64,000 nucleotides of DNA, from NCBI GenBank assembly GCA_039029455.1, contig JBCCGE010000001.1, positions 2,151 through 66,150 on the forward strand. Reading direction: 5' to 3'. The position numbers and the translations under genes are program-made. The notes under the pieces were generated by a model. It saw only the letters and a list, made by a program, of their open reading frames with translations, made no database searches and was not told where the DNA came from. Shown one piece after another: positions 27,582 through 36,299 of the stretch. Each line of letters starts with the position of its first letter. Position 1 is the first letter of the stretch. The DNA comes from Pseudomonadota bacterium (GTDB lineage: Bacteria; Pseudomonadota; Gammaproteobacteria; Arenicellales; Poriferihabitantaceae).

Positions 27582-28415
27582 ATGAAAAGAATCTACGATT
27601 TCAGCCGCAGTCCGGCCCGCCGTAACTACACAGTTTCAGATCTTCAGGCGTTGAAAGGGTCGGGCAAAAAATTAAGCATGAGTAACCCGGCGAATGCGGC
27701 AGAACTTCAGGCCTGCATCGATTCCGGCATCGATCTTCTGGTGGTGTGGGACAGTCAGATTGAGGAGGTGCGACAGATTGCGCCCAATCATTTTATGGGC
27801 GTCGGCAGCACCTGGTCACAGTTCGGTGATCCAAAAGACATTCTCGAGCACGCGTTCGATATGATGCGCAAAGGTGGCGATATGTACTACACACTGCGCT
27901 CTTATGAGGTGATGGAGATGCTGGCTAAAGAGGGTATTCCGGTACAAAGCCACATCGGACTGATTCCCACATTCAGTCACTGGTGCGGCGGTTTGCGAGC
28001 TTTCGGGCGGACTGCAGAAGAGGCGATGGAAATCTACCGGACACTCAAACGTATGGAAGATGTCGGCGTGTTTGCCGTGGAAGCGGAATGCATTGCGGAA
28101 GAGGTGCTGGAGGCCGTCAATGACAAGACGTCCATCGTGACGTTTTCGCTGGGATCCGGCATGTCCGGGGACGTCATCATGTCGTTCGTCAAGGACATTT
28201 GCGGTGAGAACAGTGAAGAAGACAAGCCGCCCAAACACGCCCATGCGTTTGGCAATCTGCAGCGACTGCACGATCAGATCTACGAAGAACGGGTTGCCGC
28301 GCTAAAGGAATTTCATGACGAGGTTGTGGCAGAGAACTTTCCCTACGCAGCAACCAACGTGTCGATGCATCCGGATGAAAAAGACAAGTTTCTGGAAGCT
28401 CTGGATAAAAGCTGA
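27582..28415 (+). CDS. divergent ketopantoate hydroxymethyltransferase (PanB)-family protein
   Basis: GIPVQSHIGLIPTFSHWCGGLRAFGRTAEEA...VGVFAVEAECIAEEV...VTFSLGSGMSGDVIMSFVKDICG parallels PanB blocks (IPV.GHIGLTPQ..GG....GR, E.VP, IGIGAG..DGQVLV..D). The N-terminal region is divergent. Confidence 0.6.
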   Translation: MKRIYDFSRSPARRNYTVSDLQALKGSGKKLSMSNPANAAELQACIDSGIDLLVVWDSQIEEVRQIAPNHFMGVGSTWSQFGDPKDILEHAFDMMRKGGDMYYTLRSYEVMEMLAKEGIPVQSHIGLIPTFSHWCGGLRAFGRTAEEAMEIYRTLKRMEDVGVFAVEAECIAEEVLEAVNDKTSIVTFSLGSGMSGDVIMSFVKDICGENSEEDKPPKHAHAFGNLQRLHDQIYEERVAALKEFHDEVVAENFPYAATNVSMHPDEKDKFLEALDKS

Positions 28416-28543
28416 AACTCGGAATTCTTGTAGCTCGGTTTCTAATCTGATCCAGCAGCTTTTATGCATATAGGACTCCAAGCAGTCCTTGTAGCGACGC
28501 GGTGTGAGTGTCGGCATCTCCTACATTGGGAGATACGGTAAAA

Positions 28544-28585
28544 AATCGGGAGATCAACAGTTTAGAGAACAGATCTCTCCCGATT
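28544..28585. terminator. hairpin between convergent genes (probable bidirectional terminator)
   Basis: aatcgggagatc (28544-28555) pairs with gatctctcccgatt (28572-28585) with a 2-nt bulge and a 16-nt loop. It lies in the 191-bp gap between the convergent stops at 28415 and 28607. No strong U-tract. Confidence 0.4.
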
Positions 28586-28606
28586 CTAGCCAGCACATTG
28601 AACTGC

Positions 28607-29230
28607 CTAGTTATTACAAATACCCGAGACCCTTACCGCCGCGCAATTGGCAATATATGGACTGAAAATGGTTTTCGTTGAATACCATCGATGCCCACTC
28701 GCCCATGCTCCGATTTTCCCCTTGGTTGCACCGCAACCTTCGTCACCATTCGAAGCGGTATGAACCGTCATCTGCACACTGTCCGCGAGGCGAGCGACGT
28801 GGCAACACGCCGCTTTTTCCATGGCGTACTTGATGTCGAATGGATTAGTGGCGGGTGTGAGATAGATGGGATTGATTCTAAAGTCCTTTACGGTCTCCGC
28901 ACCGCGTGACACTGTGCACGCCTCTACTGATTGTCCAACTCTTGGGTTTCGATTGTTTGGCCACCTCTTTTCCCACAGATCAATCCCGCATCGTTCAATC
29001 GCTCGAGCTGCTCGTATGCGGCAGTCATTGGCTCTTAAGCGATTCTTGCAGGAACCTCTACCCTGCAGGGTTGCGAATATTTCAGGCTTTGAATAACCGT
29101 CTACCGAGATTCCAATGGAACCACTGCAACCTCGCGAGATATCAGAATGAGCATTTTGCACAGATAGCGCGGATAAAATTAAACTGCTGATGATCACCGT
29201 TGCACGGTGTATAGCTTGATATTGATTCAT
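28607..29230 (-). CDS. secreted cysteine-rich hypothetical protein
   Basis: N-terminal signal-like segment (ATVIISSLILSALSVQNAHS) and 12 Cys in the remainder. No family recognised. Confidence 0.5.
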   Translation of the reverse strand: MNQYQAIHRATVIISSLILSALSVQNAHSDISRGCSGSIGISVDGYSKPEIFATLQGRGSCKNRLRANDCRIRAARAIERCGIDLWEKRWPNNRNPRVGQSVEACTVSRGAETVKDFRINPIYLTPATNPFDIKYAMEKAACCHVARLADSVQMTVHTASNGDEGCGATKGKIGAWASGHRWYSTKTIFSPYIANCAAVRVSGICNN

Positions 29231-29416
29231 TTCTTGCCCCCAATAAATGAATGTTACGTTGAATGTGATTTGCCGTCAGATGCTACAAATCGTGTCTCTA
29301 CGGATAAAGGCGTTACGGCTCAAAACCCTTGGAGAATCACCAGTGGCCGCTGTCAGTCAGTGTTAACGAATCACTGATTACCCCACAATTACGCTAACAC
29401 GAGGAATGGGTGAAAT

Positions 29417-29432
29417 CTGTGATATCGATCAC
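29417..29432. promoter_or_regulatory. consensus CRP (cAMP receptor protein) binding site
   Basis: TGTGA-tatcga-TCACA has both half-sites perfect with the canonical 6-bp spacer, flanked by aaatc/gtttt. It sits in the 364-bp divergent intergenic region, 187 bp from the start at 29230 and 163 bp from the start at 29595. Confidence 0.55.
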
Positions 29433-29594
29433 AGTTTTATATTGGTGGGACTGCTAAGATAGCGAGAGCCAAAGTGAGTTTAAAAGTATACTGTTGCGAT
29501 AAATTCCGAAACCTGAAGGCTTGGGATTGTTCAGGCAAGATGATTATTTAACTAACGGTGTAAAGTTTTGGGACTTTTTGGGGGGAGCTAAACT

Positions 29595-30155
29595 TTGATT
29601 TCAAGTCAAAGACGACGATATTTTATCGGCGCTGATGTTGTGAGTAGAGTTGTTTTTGCGATACTGTTCTTACTCGCGGTATCGCAAGTGCTTGCACAGC
29701 AAACCGTAGTAGTCATACCTTTGGGTGACAGTGAGCTTGAGATCGAACCCACCGCACCAATGGCTCGGGCCGATACGGTTAGTCGCGACTATACGATTTT
29801 ACCCAATACGGTTATCGACAACTTAACTGGACTGGAATGGCAGCGTCTGGACGACGATACAACTCGCGAATGGATTCCTGCGATCAGTTATTGTCGGAAT
29901 CTTGTGCTTGATAGCCATTCCGACTGGCGCCTGCCAACGGTTGTTGAACTGCATTCGATTGTGGACTATGGAAGTTCTGCCGCAGCCATTGAGCAAGTTG
30001 CATTTCCAGGAACCAATTCTTCATTGTATTGGTCAAGATCTGTACCGGCGGGAAGCGCCATCGGAGATTTCGTGAATTTTAATACCGGCGGTATTAATGA
30101 CGTCTTAGTCATTTCGGCACAATTCCTTGTTCGCTGTGTTCGGGAGCCATCATGA
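29595..30155 (+). CDS. DUF1566 (Lcl C-terminal domain) secreted protein
   Basis: Has a signal peptide (VVFAILFLLAVSQVLAQQ). LEWQR, W..A..YC..L, DWRLPTVVELHSI, YWS and VRCVR are the DUF1566 hallmarks. TTG start. Confidence 0.7.
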   Translation: MISSQRRRYFIGADVVSRVVFAILFLLAVSQVLAQQTVVVIPLGDSELEIEPTAPMARADTVSRDYTILPNTVIDNLTGLEWQRLDDDTTREWIPAISYCRNLVLDSHSDWRLPTVVELHSIVDYGSSAAAIEQVAFPGTNSSLYWSRSVPAGSAIGDFVNFNTGGINDVLVISAQFLVRCVREPS

Positions 30156-30667
30156 TGTGTTTTCAAAAACATTCGGGGGTCTCATCAACACAACATGCCG
30201 CCCCCATTCCGATCAGTTGTTCTATTCGTATGTTCAAATTAATTTGGGTTATCGTGATCGGCATGCTGATCACAGTCATAAATACATCATGGGGACAGGC
30301 GAAGTCCTGGAGCGACAACGACAACGGCACAGTGAACGATTTTGCGACAGGCCTGATGTGGCAGCAGGATGATGATGACGTCGCTCGAAGTTTTGTTGGC
30401 GCGGTGAGTTACTGTGAAAATCTGACTCTTGGCGGAAAAACAGATTGGCGGTTGCCCAATGTCAAGGAATTGAGAACCCTGGGTTACGATCTTGCCGTTT
30501 CGCCCAGAATCAGCAGTGCAGAGTTTCCGGACACGGAAACATCAGAGTACTGGTCCGTCACGGGTGCGTCCGGCAGTCCATTGGTGGCCTGGCATGTCGA
30601 TTTCAACAACGGTACGGTAGCTACCGGCAATGTCAGCGAAACTCACTTTGTCCGGTGTGTTCGGTGA
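30152..30667 (+). CDS. DUF1566 (Lcl C-terminal domain) secreted protein, paralog of upstream gene
   Basis: LMWQQ, YCENL, DWRLPNVKELRTL, YWS and VRCVR. ATGA overlap with the upstream stop. The likely real start is ATG 30230, which precedes the signal peptide MFKLIWVIVIGMLITV. Confidence 0.7.
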   Translation: MMCFQKHSGVSSTQHAAPIPISCSIRMFKLIWVIVIGMLITVINTSWGQAKSWSDNDNGTVNDFATGLMWQQDDDDVARSFVGAVSYCENLTLGGKTDWRLPNVKELRTLGYDLAVSPRISSAEFPDTETSEYWSVTGASGSPLVAWHVDFNNGTVATGNVSETHFVRCVR

Positions 30668-30820
30668 AGATAGTAAACATCATCACCAGTAGAAGATGAA
30701 TACAGATGTGGCTGGTGAACGACAGAGTCCGTGAAAAATGTAAATTAACATTTCAATGCATTGGAAATGCACGCACCCGTCGTTAAAGGTTAGTAGAAAA
30801 TTGGCTTCAGATCAGATCGG

Positions 30821-31321
30821 TTAACCGATCACAGCAGAAATAGCATTCAGCAAAGCATCCGCCTGGGCACTGGGTACATGCACGCGTGCGGTGTTTTCGT
30901 TGATCCGGTACAGTAAAACGGAGATTCCAAACCACAATCGTGATACTGATGCGGAAGGTAGGCTCAGATCAATCTCTGCGCCGCGCCGGAGAAATTCAAG
31001 CAGAGACTCGCTACTGATATCAAACACGCGATAGGCATCACTGACATCCGAAATAGCCTGATTGAGTTCATCGTCCCAGCCATCGATCATCTCCGGGCCG
31101 TTAACCAGCATGATGCGGTCTCGTCGAATGGAAAGCGCATAACGTTCTGTACTGATGATATCCGGCCATTCGACAACCTGTAGGTTCATCTGTGCCCGAA
31201 CCTTCGGCCCGGATAGCAGAACCTGACGCAGTGCTGGTGCTGCACTTATCGCGACAGACGACGAGCACGGAAGTTGTGAGTCATTGCGGGGAGCAGACCA
31301 GATGGCGGTGTCGTTACGCAT
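30821..31321 (-). CDS. soxG: sarcosine oxidase subunit gamma
   Basis: Last gene of the soxBDAG order, of the right size class. I place the start at ATG 31321, an 8-nt overlap with the soxA end. The ORF is open to 31423, but that would overlap soxA by 110 nt. Confidence 0.7.
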   Translation of the reverse strand: MRNDTAIWSAPRNDSQLPCSSSVAISAAPALRQVLLSGPKVRAQMNLQVVEWPDIISTERYALSIRRDRIMLVNGPEMIDGWDDELNQAISDVSDAYRVFDISSESLLEFLRRGAEIDLSLPSASVSRLWFGISVLLYRINENTARVHVPSAQADALLNAISAVIG

Positions 31322-34097
31322 CGAGTAATTCCCCTGTCGGATCATAAAAGCAGGGCGCGCAAATCCGGGCGGACTGAGTGCTTCCTGTGTGCCAGACGTC
31401 GACCTCTTCGCCACTGCGTTCAAACCCGTTTTCTACCAGCGCCAGCGCAATTGGATGATCCAGTGTCGGGCTGAAATAGCTCGAGGTCACATAGCCCTGT
31501 GAGCTACCGTTGTTGACGACGTGAGCTCCCGTGATCAGCGGCGAGGCGCCCTCGGCAGTCATCAAACCAACCAGCTGTTTCCGATTCGGTGAGTTGGCGT
31601 GCGCGGTATGCAGACTGCGATCTCCCAGAAACGCAGTCGATTTTTTCAGTCTGGGAACGCCGAATCCAAGATCATGGGGCATGGTTTCACCGTCCGTATC
31701 TTTGCCGATCACGATATACCCTTTCTCGGCTCTGAGAATCAGCAAGGCTTCAGAACCCATAAGACCACCGCCGTGTTTTCGAACCCCCGCGGCTAATGTC
31801 TCCCACAGCATTTGCGCACAGGACTGTCGTATCGACAGCTCGAAACTGCAGTCACCGGTAAAGCTGACGCGGGCGATCCGCAGAGGTTCGCCGTTCCATT
31901 GGTGTTCAATCATTGTCATGTGCGGAAAGCGCTGCGATTGCCATTCCATATCCGGCAGGAGTTCGCTGATTACGGGTCGGGCTGACGGACCGGTCACGGT
32001 CAGCGTTGCCCAGTGATGCGTGGTGTCGTGAATGAAAATCCGATCCGGGTTGTTGCCGTCCTGTCGCCAGGCCTCGAGATGGGTGCGCACACCGTCTACG
32101 TGACTGGAGGAGCAGGAGATCAAAAAACGGTCGCTCCCCATGCGCGTAATTACTCCGTCATCGTAGATCGCGCCACTTTCTGTGAGCATGAACCCGTATC
32201 TAATCTGCCCGGGTTTCAGGGTTGAAACGGTGTTGTAGTAGATAAAATTGACGAAGGCTTCGGCATCGGGACCCATGACTTCAATTTTGCCCAGCGGCGT
32301 GCCGTCAAAAAGCGCAACGGCTGATCGGGCTGTCCTGACTTCCGCCGCAATTCGGTCCTTCGTATCGCCCGCACCAAACCAGCCCGGTCGCAACCACCCG
32401 CCGTATTCACACAACGCGGCATCTTCCCGTCGATGGATGTGTTCGAGTGGCAGCCGCTTCAGCGAGTGCCGGTTTCGCCCGTGGAGTGGTCCATGGTACA
32501 GCTCAATCGGAACGGGCACGAACGGCGGTCGAAACGTGGTCGTGCCCACATCGGGAACGGAACGCGCGCGAATTGACGCCATCGCCGCGAGTCCTGCCAT
32601 GTTGGAGGTCTTGCCCTGATCCTGCGCCATACCCAGCGTGGTGTAACGCTTCAGGTGCTCTACGGAGATGTAATTCTCGCGGGCCGCCAGTTCAACATCC
32701 TTTAGTGTCACGTCATGTTGAAAATCGATCCATTGACGGCCCGGGCTGCCGGGTTTGGGCCAGACAGGTTCCGTTCGGAATGAGCAAACGGGTCGTGAAA
32801 CTGATTCACCACGCCCGACGCGTTGTGCATGCTCCAGTGCGGGTTCGAGTGTAAACACTCCATTTGCGGCGCCGACCACCTGAATGTACTCGGGTCCCGT
32901 GGCCGGAAGGAACGCCTGGCATGGCGCATTCCATTCCAAAGCGCCGCCCGCATGCCGCCATAAATGAACTGTCGGCGTCATTCCGCCGGAACTCACAATA
33001 GTGTCCACGCGGTGATAATCACGACCCTGATAGATGCCTTTGATGTGCTTGCGGCCGGCAATGCGAAGCGGCGCGTCTTTGACCGGGTCAATGCGCACGA
33101 TCTCGGCACCCGCATCGTGTAACAGCTGTTCCGACGAATCGGCGAAACTGTTGTTTGATACCAAAGCCATTCGTTTCCCGACCAGGACGTCATGTCGTGC
33201 AAGGTAGTCACAGCTCGCCTGCACAGACAGACTGCCGGGTCGGTCGTTGTTGGCAAAGGTGACCGGACGATCGATGGCGCCGGTTGCAAGAATGATCTGC
33301 CCAACGCGCATTCGAATAAGCCGGGGTGCGACGCCAAATGCGTTTTGCTGGACGAGTCCAACGAGCTGATGGTCGAACACGCCAAATGCGGTCGTCGATG
33401 ACAGGATGCGACCGCCGGCCGACTGAATTGCCGCACGTTGACTGCCGATCCACTCGCGAGGTGACTCGCCTTCAATCACGCTCATCTGCAGCAAACCTCC
33501 TCCGAGATCAGGGTGGTCATCAACCAGGCAGGTGTCTCGTCCGGACTCGGCGGCCGCTCGAGCCGCCACCAGGCCGGCTGCACCTCCGCCAACGACAAGC
33601 ACATCGCAACGGTCGTGTGTTTGTTCTGATCGGTAGCGTTGAAACACATCATCAGTCACTGCGCCCAGTCCCGCCATTCGACGAATGGACGGTTCAAACA
33701 TGTGCCAGTGCGGCCACATAAAGGTCTTGTAGTAGAACCCGGCGGTCAGCCATCGGTGAAACAGGTCCAGTACACCCTTTAGATCGTGATTTGCCGAGGG
33801 CCATGCATTGACGGAACGCGCGTGCATACCGTCTTCGAGAATCGTTGTCGCCGCCGCACAGTTCGGCAGTTCACAATCCCCAAGTCGGACACTCATGATG
33901 GCGTTCGAATCCTCTACCCACGAGCCCCAGGGCCCGCGAGGGCGGTGGTATTTGAAACTGCGTCCCATGATGCGAACGCCATTTGCCAGCAAGGCCGAGG
34001 CCAGTGTGTCGCCTTCGCGGCCCTCATAGGATTTGCCGTCAAATGTAAATCGCAGGCCTTCCGTCGATGCGACGGTCTTGATCCGGTACGAGGTCAT
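31314..34097 (-). CDS. soxA: sarcosine oxidase subunit alpha
   Basis: N-terminal FTFDGKSYEGREGDTLASALLANGVRIMGRSFKYHRPRG, an NAD/FAD Rossmann fold (DVLVVGGGAAGLVAA), and a C-terminal GcvT-like folate domain. Confidence 0.92.
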   Translation of the reverse strand: MTSYRIKTVASTEGLRFTFDGKSYEGREGDTLASALLANGVRIMGRSFKYHRPRGPWGSWVEDSNAIMSVRLGDCELPNCAAATTILEDGMHARSVNAWPSANHDLKGVLDLFHRWLTAGFYYKTFMWPHWHMFEPSIRRMAGLGAVTDDVFQRYRSEQTHDRCDVLVVGGGAAGLVAARAAAESGRDTCLVDDHPDLGGGLLQMSVIEGESPREWIGSQRAAIQSAGGRILSSTTAFGVFDHQLVGLVQQNAFGVAPRLIRMRVGQIILATGAIDRPVTFANNDRPGSLSVQASCDYLARHDVLVGKRMALVSNNSFADSSEQLLHDAGAEIVRIDPVKDAPLRIAGRKHIKGIYQGRDYHRVDTIVSSGGMTPTVHLWRHAGGALEWNAPCQAFLPATGPEYIQVVGAANGVFTLEPALEHAQRVGRGESVSRPVCSFRTEPVWPKPGSPGRQWIDFQHDVTLKDVELAARENYISVEHLKRYTTLGMAQDQGKTSNMAGLAAMASIRARSVPDVGTTTFRPPFVPVPIELYHGPLHGRNRHSLKRLPLEHIHRREDAALCEYGGWLRPGWFGAGDTKDRIAAEVRTARSAVALFDGTPLGKIEVMGPDAEAFVNFIYYNTVSTLKPGQIRYGFMLTESGAIYDDGVITRMGSDRFLISCSSSHVDGVRTHLEAWRQDGNNPDRIFIHDTTHHWATLTVTGPSARPVISELLPDMEWQSQRFPHMTMIEHQWNGEPLRIARVSFTGDCSFELSIRQSCAQMLWETLAAGVRKHGGGLMGSEALLILRAEKGYIVIGKDTDGETMPHDLGFGVPRLKKSTAFLGDRSLHTAHANSPNRKQLVGLMTAEGASPLITGAHVVNNGSSQGYVTSSYFSPTLDHPIALALVENGFERSGEEVDVWHTGSTQSARICAPCFYDPTGELLDA

Positions 34098-34360
34098 TCG
34101 TGATCCCGTCGCAGTGCGCGCACCTCAATCACCTCCATGGTGACGCTGTCGCGCTCCATCACAAACAGCTCAGCACAGGTCATGTGCATCCACACTTCTT
34201 TGACCCGGCCTTTTTCATTACGCTGGGTATGCAGATACTGCGCCCATTCGGAGTCGCTGACATCGGCCGTGGTGTCCGGTCGGGTTTTTCCAAGCTCTCC
34301 GGCAAAGTGAAATTCACGCTCGTCTCGGGGCCCGCAAAATGGACAGGGAAATATCTGCAT
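34094..34360 (-). CDS. soxD: sarcosine oxidase subunit delta
   Basis: 88 aa with MQIFPCPFCGPRDEREF zinc motif. ATGA overlap with soxA. Confidence 0.9.
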   Translation of the reverse strand: MQIFPCPFCGPRDEREFHFAGELGKTRPDTTADVSDSEWAQYLHTQRNEKGRVKEVWMHMTCAELFVMERDSVTMEVIEVRALRRDHE

Positions 34361-34369
34361 GACCGTGCG

Positions 34370-35620
34370 TTAGTGAGGGATACCTGAGGCGGCACCTTCA
34401 TCCACCAGAAACCCGGTAGAGAAGCGGTCGAGGTCAAACGGGCGGCTGAGCGCATGGTGCTGCCCGGTGGCGATCAAGTGTGCGAGCAAATACCCGCCTA
34501 CAGGAATTGCCTTGAAACCGCCGGTACCCCATCCACAGTTTAAATACAGACCCTTCAGTCCGGATGGCCCGATGATGGGGGAACTATCCGGTGTGACATC
34601 GACAATGCCCGCCCAGTGGCGCAATAACTTGACCCTTGCCAGCGATGGCATCATCTCGGCGAGCCCGCCCAGAACCGCTTCCTGCATCGGCAGGTTGCCG
34701 CGCTGTCCGTAAGACGGTACACGATCCAGACCGCCGCCAATCACCAGTCCACCTTTGTCGGACTGACTGACGTAGGTTCCAAACGGCGGACACAGCACGA
34801 CCGTGTTGAGTACGGGTTTGATGGATTCGGAGACAAACGCCTGCAGTGCATAGGAGTGGATGGGTAGCCCTACGCCGGCCATGGATGCCAGCACCGAGCT
34901 GTGACCGGCGACTGCAGCGCCAACAGCGCCCGCTCTGATTTCACCACGGGACGTGTTGACACCGACACACTGGCCGCCCTCGACGAGAAAGTCCAGCACT
35001 TCACAGTTTTGAATGATATCAACGCCCCTTGCATCGGCCGCTCGCGCAAGTCCCCATGCCACCGCATCATGGCGTGCTGTACCCGCACGTTTTTGCAATA
35101 CGCCACCGTGAATCGGATATCGCATCTGCGGACTGAAGTTGAGCCTCGGCTCCAGTTTCTGCACCTGGTCGGCGTCCAGCAGCTCTGCATCAACACCGTT
35201 CAGTCTCATGGCATTCGTTTGCCGGGCCGCCATCTCCATTTCAGGTTCGGAGTGCGCGGTTACAATCATGCCGCGCTGTGAAAACATGATGTTGTAGTTC
35301 AGCTCGCGGGACAGTCCCTCATAGAGTTGGACCGACTTGTCGTACAGCGCTGCGCTTTGCGGATAAAAGTAATTGGATCGGATCGCTGTGGTGTTGCGCC
35401 CGGTATTGCCGCCACCAAGCCAGCCTTTCTCAATTACGGCGACATGGGTAATGCCGTGTTTCCGCGCCAGGTAATAGGCCGTCGCCAGACCGTGACCGCC
35501 GCCGCCGATGATGACCGCGTCGTACGCGGATTTTGGTTCCGGAGTGCGCCACGCCGGCGTCCAGCCGCGGTGACCTCGGAGGCCCTCACGCAGTAAACTG
35601 AGCGCGGAATACCGTTTCAT
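34370..35620 (-). CDS. soxB: sarcosine oxidase subunit beta
   Basis: YDAVIIGGGGHGLATAYYLA FAD fold, a WRTPEPK N-terminus and a GWGTGGFK block, typical of heterotetrameric SoxB. Confidence 0.92.
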   Translation of the reverse strand: MKRYSALSLLREGLRGHRGWTPAWRTPEPKSAYDAVIIGGGGHGLATAYYLARKHGITHVAVIEKGWLGGGNTGRNTTAIRSNYFYPQSAALYDKSVQLYEGLSRELNYNIMFSQRGMIVTAHSEPEMEMAARQTNAMRLNGVDAELLDADQVQKLEPRLNFSPQMRYPIHGGVLQKRAGTARHDAVAWGLARAADARGVDIIQNCEVLDFLVEGGQCVGVNTSRGEIRAGAVGAAVAGHSSVLASMAGVGLPIHSYALQAFVSESIKPVLNTVVLCPPFGTYVSQSDKGGLVIGGGLDRVPSYGQRGNLPMQEAVLGGLAEMMPSLARVKLLRHWAGIVDVTPDSSPIIGPSGLKGLYLNCGWGTGGFKAIPVGGYLLAHLIATGQHHALSRPFDLDRFSTGFLVDEGAASGIPH

Positions 35621-36201
35621 GATTCAGAATTCGTGTCCTGTGCAAATGCAAATCGACGATACTGGGCCAGCAGGTCGGGACTCGGTTCCTCGCCGGTGAA
35701 ACCGCGCAGGTAACCCTCGAGACGATTCATTCGCTCTTCCATGGGTTCTCGCACGTCGAGCGCGTGATAACCGAGCTGCATGTAGTAGATAATGCGCGCA
35801 CGAATCTCGGCGTCATAGTCTGAAAAACCGTGTCTGGCGAACATTACAGTGATAGCGTTCAGTCGCGTTTTGTCAGCGACGTCGATACGAGTGCGCACTG
35901 TCTTGTCGCGTCGCGCCCATTCGCGCACGGCAAAATCCAGCCCACAATGAAACATGTCGGCATCGAGAAATGCCGCGAAAAAGTTGCACGCCGCCTCACC
36001 AATGCTGTCGGCAGATTTGTCGCACGCGTTTACGATGGATTGGGTGTTTCGTTGTTCCCAGTCGTCGAGAAGAGCCTGCAGCAGCTGCTTTCGACTTTTG
36101 AAATACCAGTAAAAACTCGAACGGGATACGCCCAGCTGGTTACTCAGAGTCAGCACCTTGACTTCGGCAACGCCCTCATTGACCAGCACGTTCCGCGCCA
36201 C
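35617..36201 (-). CDS. TetR family transcriptional regulator (start codon uncertain, probably further upstream)
   Basis: HTH LSNQLGVSRSSFYWYFKSRKQLLQALL. The stop overlaps the soxB ATG (ATGA at 35617-35620). The first canonical start is GTG 36201, but the frame stays open and TetR-like (KVTREDWLN) up to 36369. See findings. Confidence 0.8.
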   Translation of the reverse strand: MARNVLVNEGVAEVKVLTLSNQLGVSRSSFYWYFKSRKQLLQALLDDWEQRNTQSIVNACDKSADSIGEAACNFFAAFLDADMFHCGLDFAVREWARRDKTVRTRIDVADKTRLNAITVMFARHGFSDYDAEIRARIIYYMQLGYHALDVREPMEERMNRLEGYLRGFTGEEPSPDLLAQYRRFAFAQDTNSES

Positions 36202-36299
36202 GTTGAGCCAGTCTTCCCGTGTGACCTTGACGTGGCCAACTAGCGGCGCCTTGTCAGGGTCGTCGCGATGCAGGATCGGTATGGCCTGGCGTGCGATGG

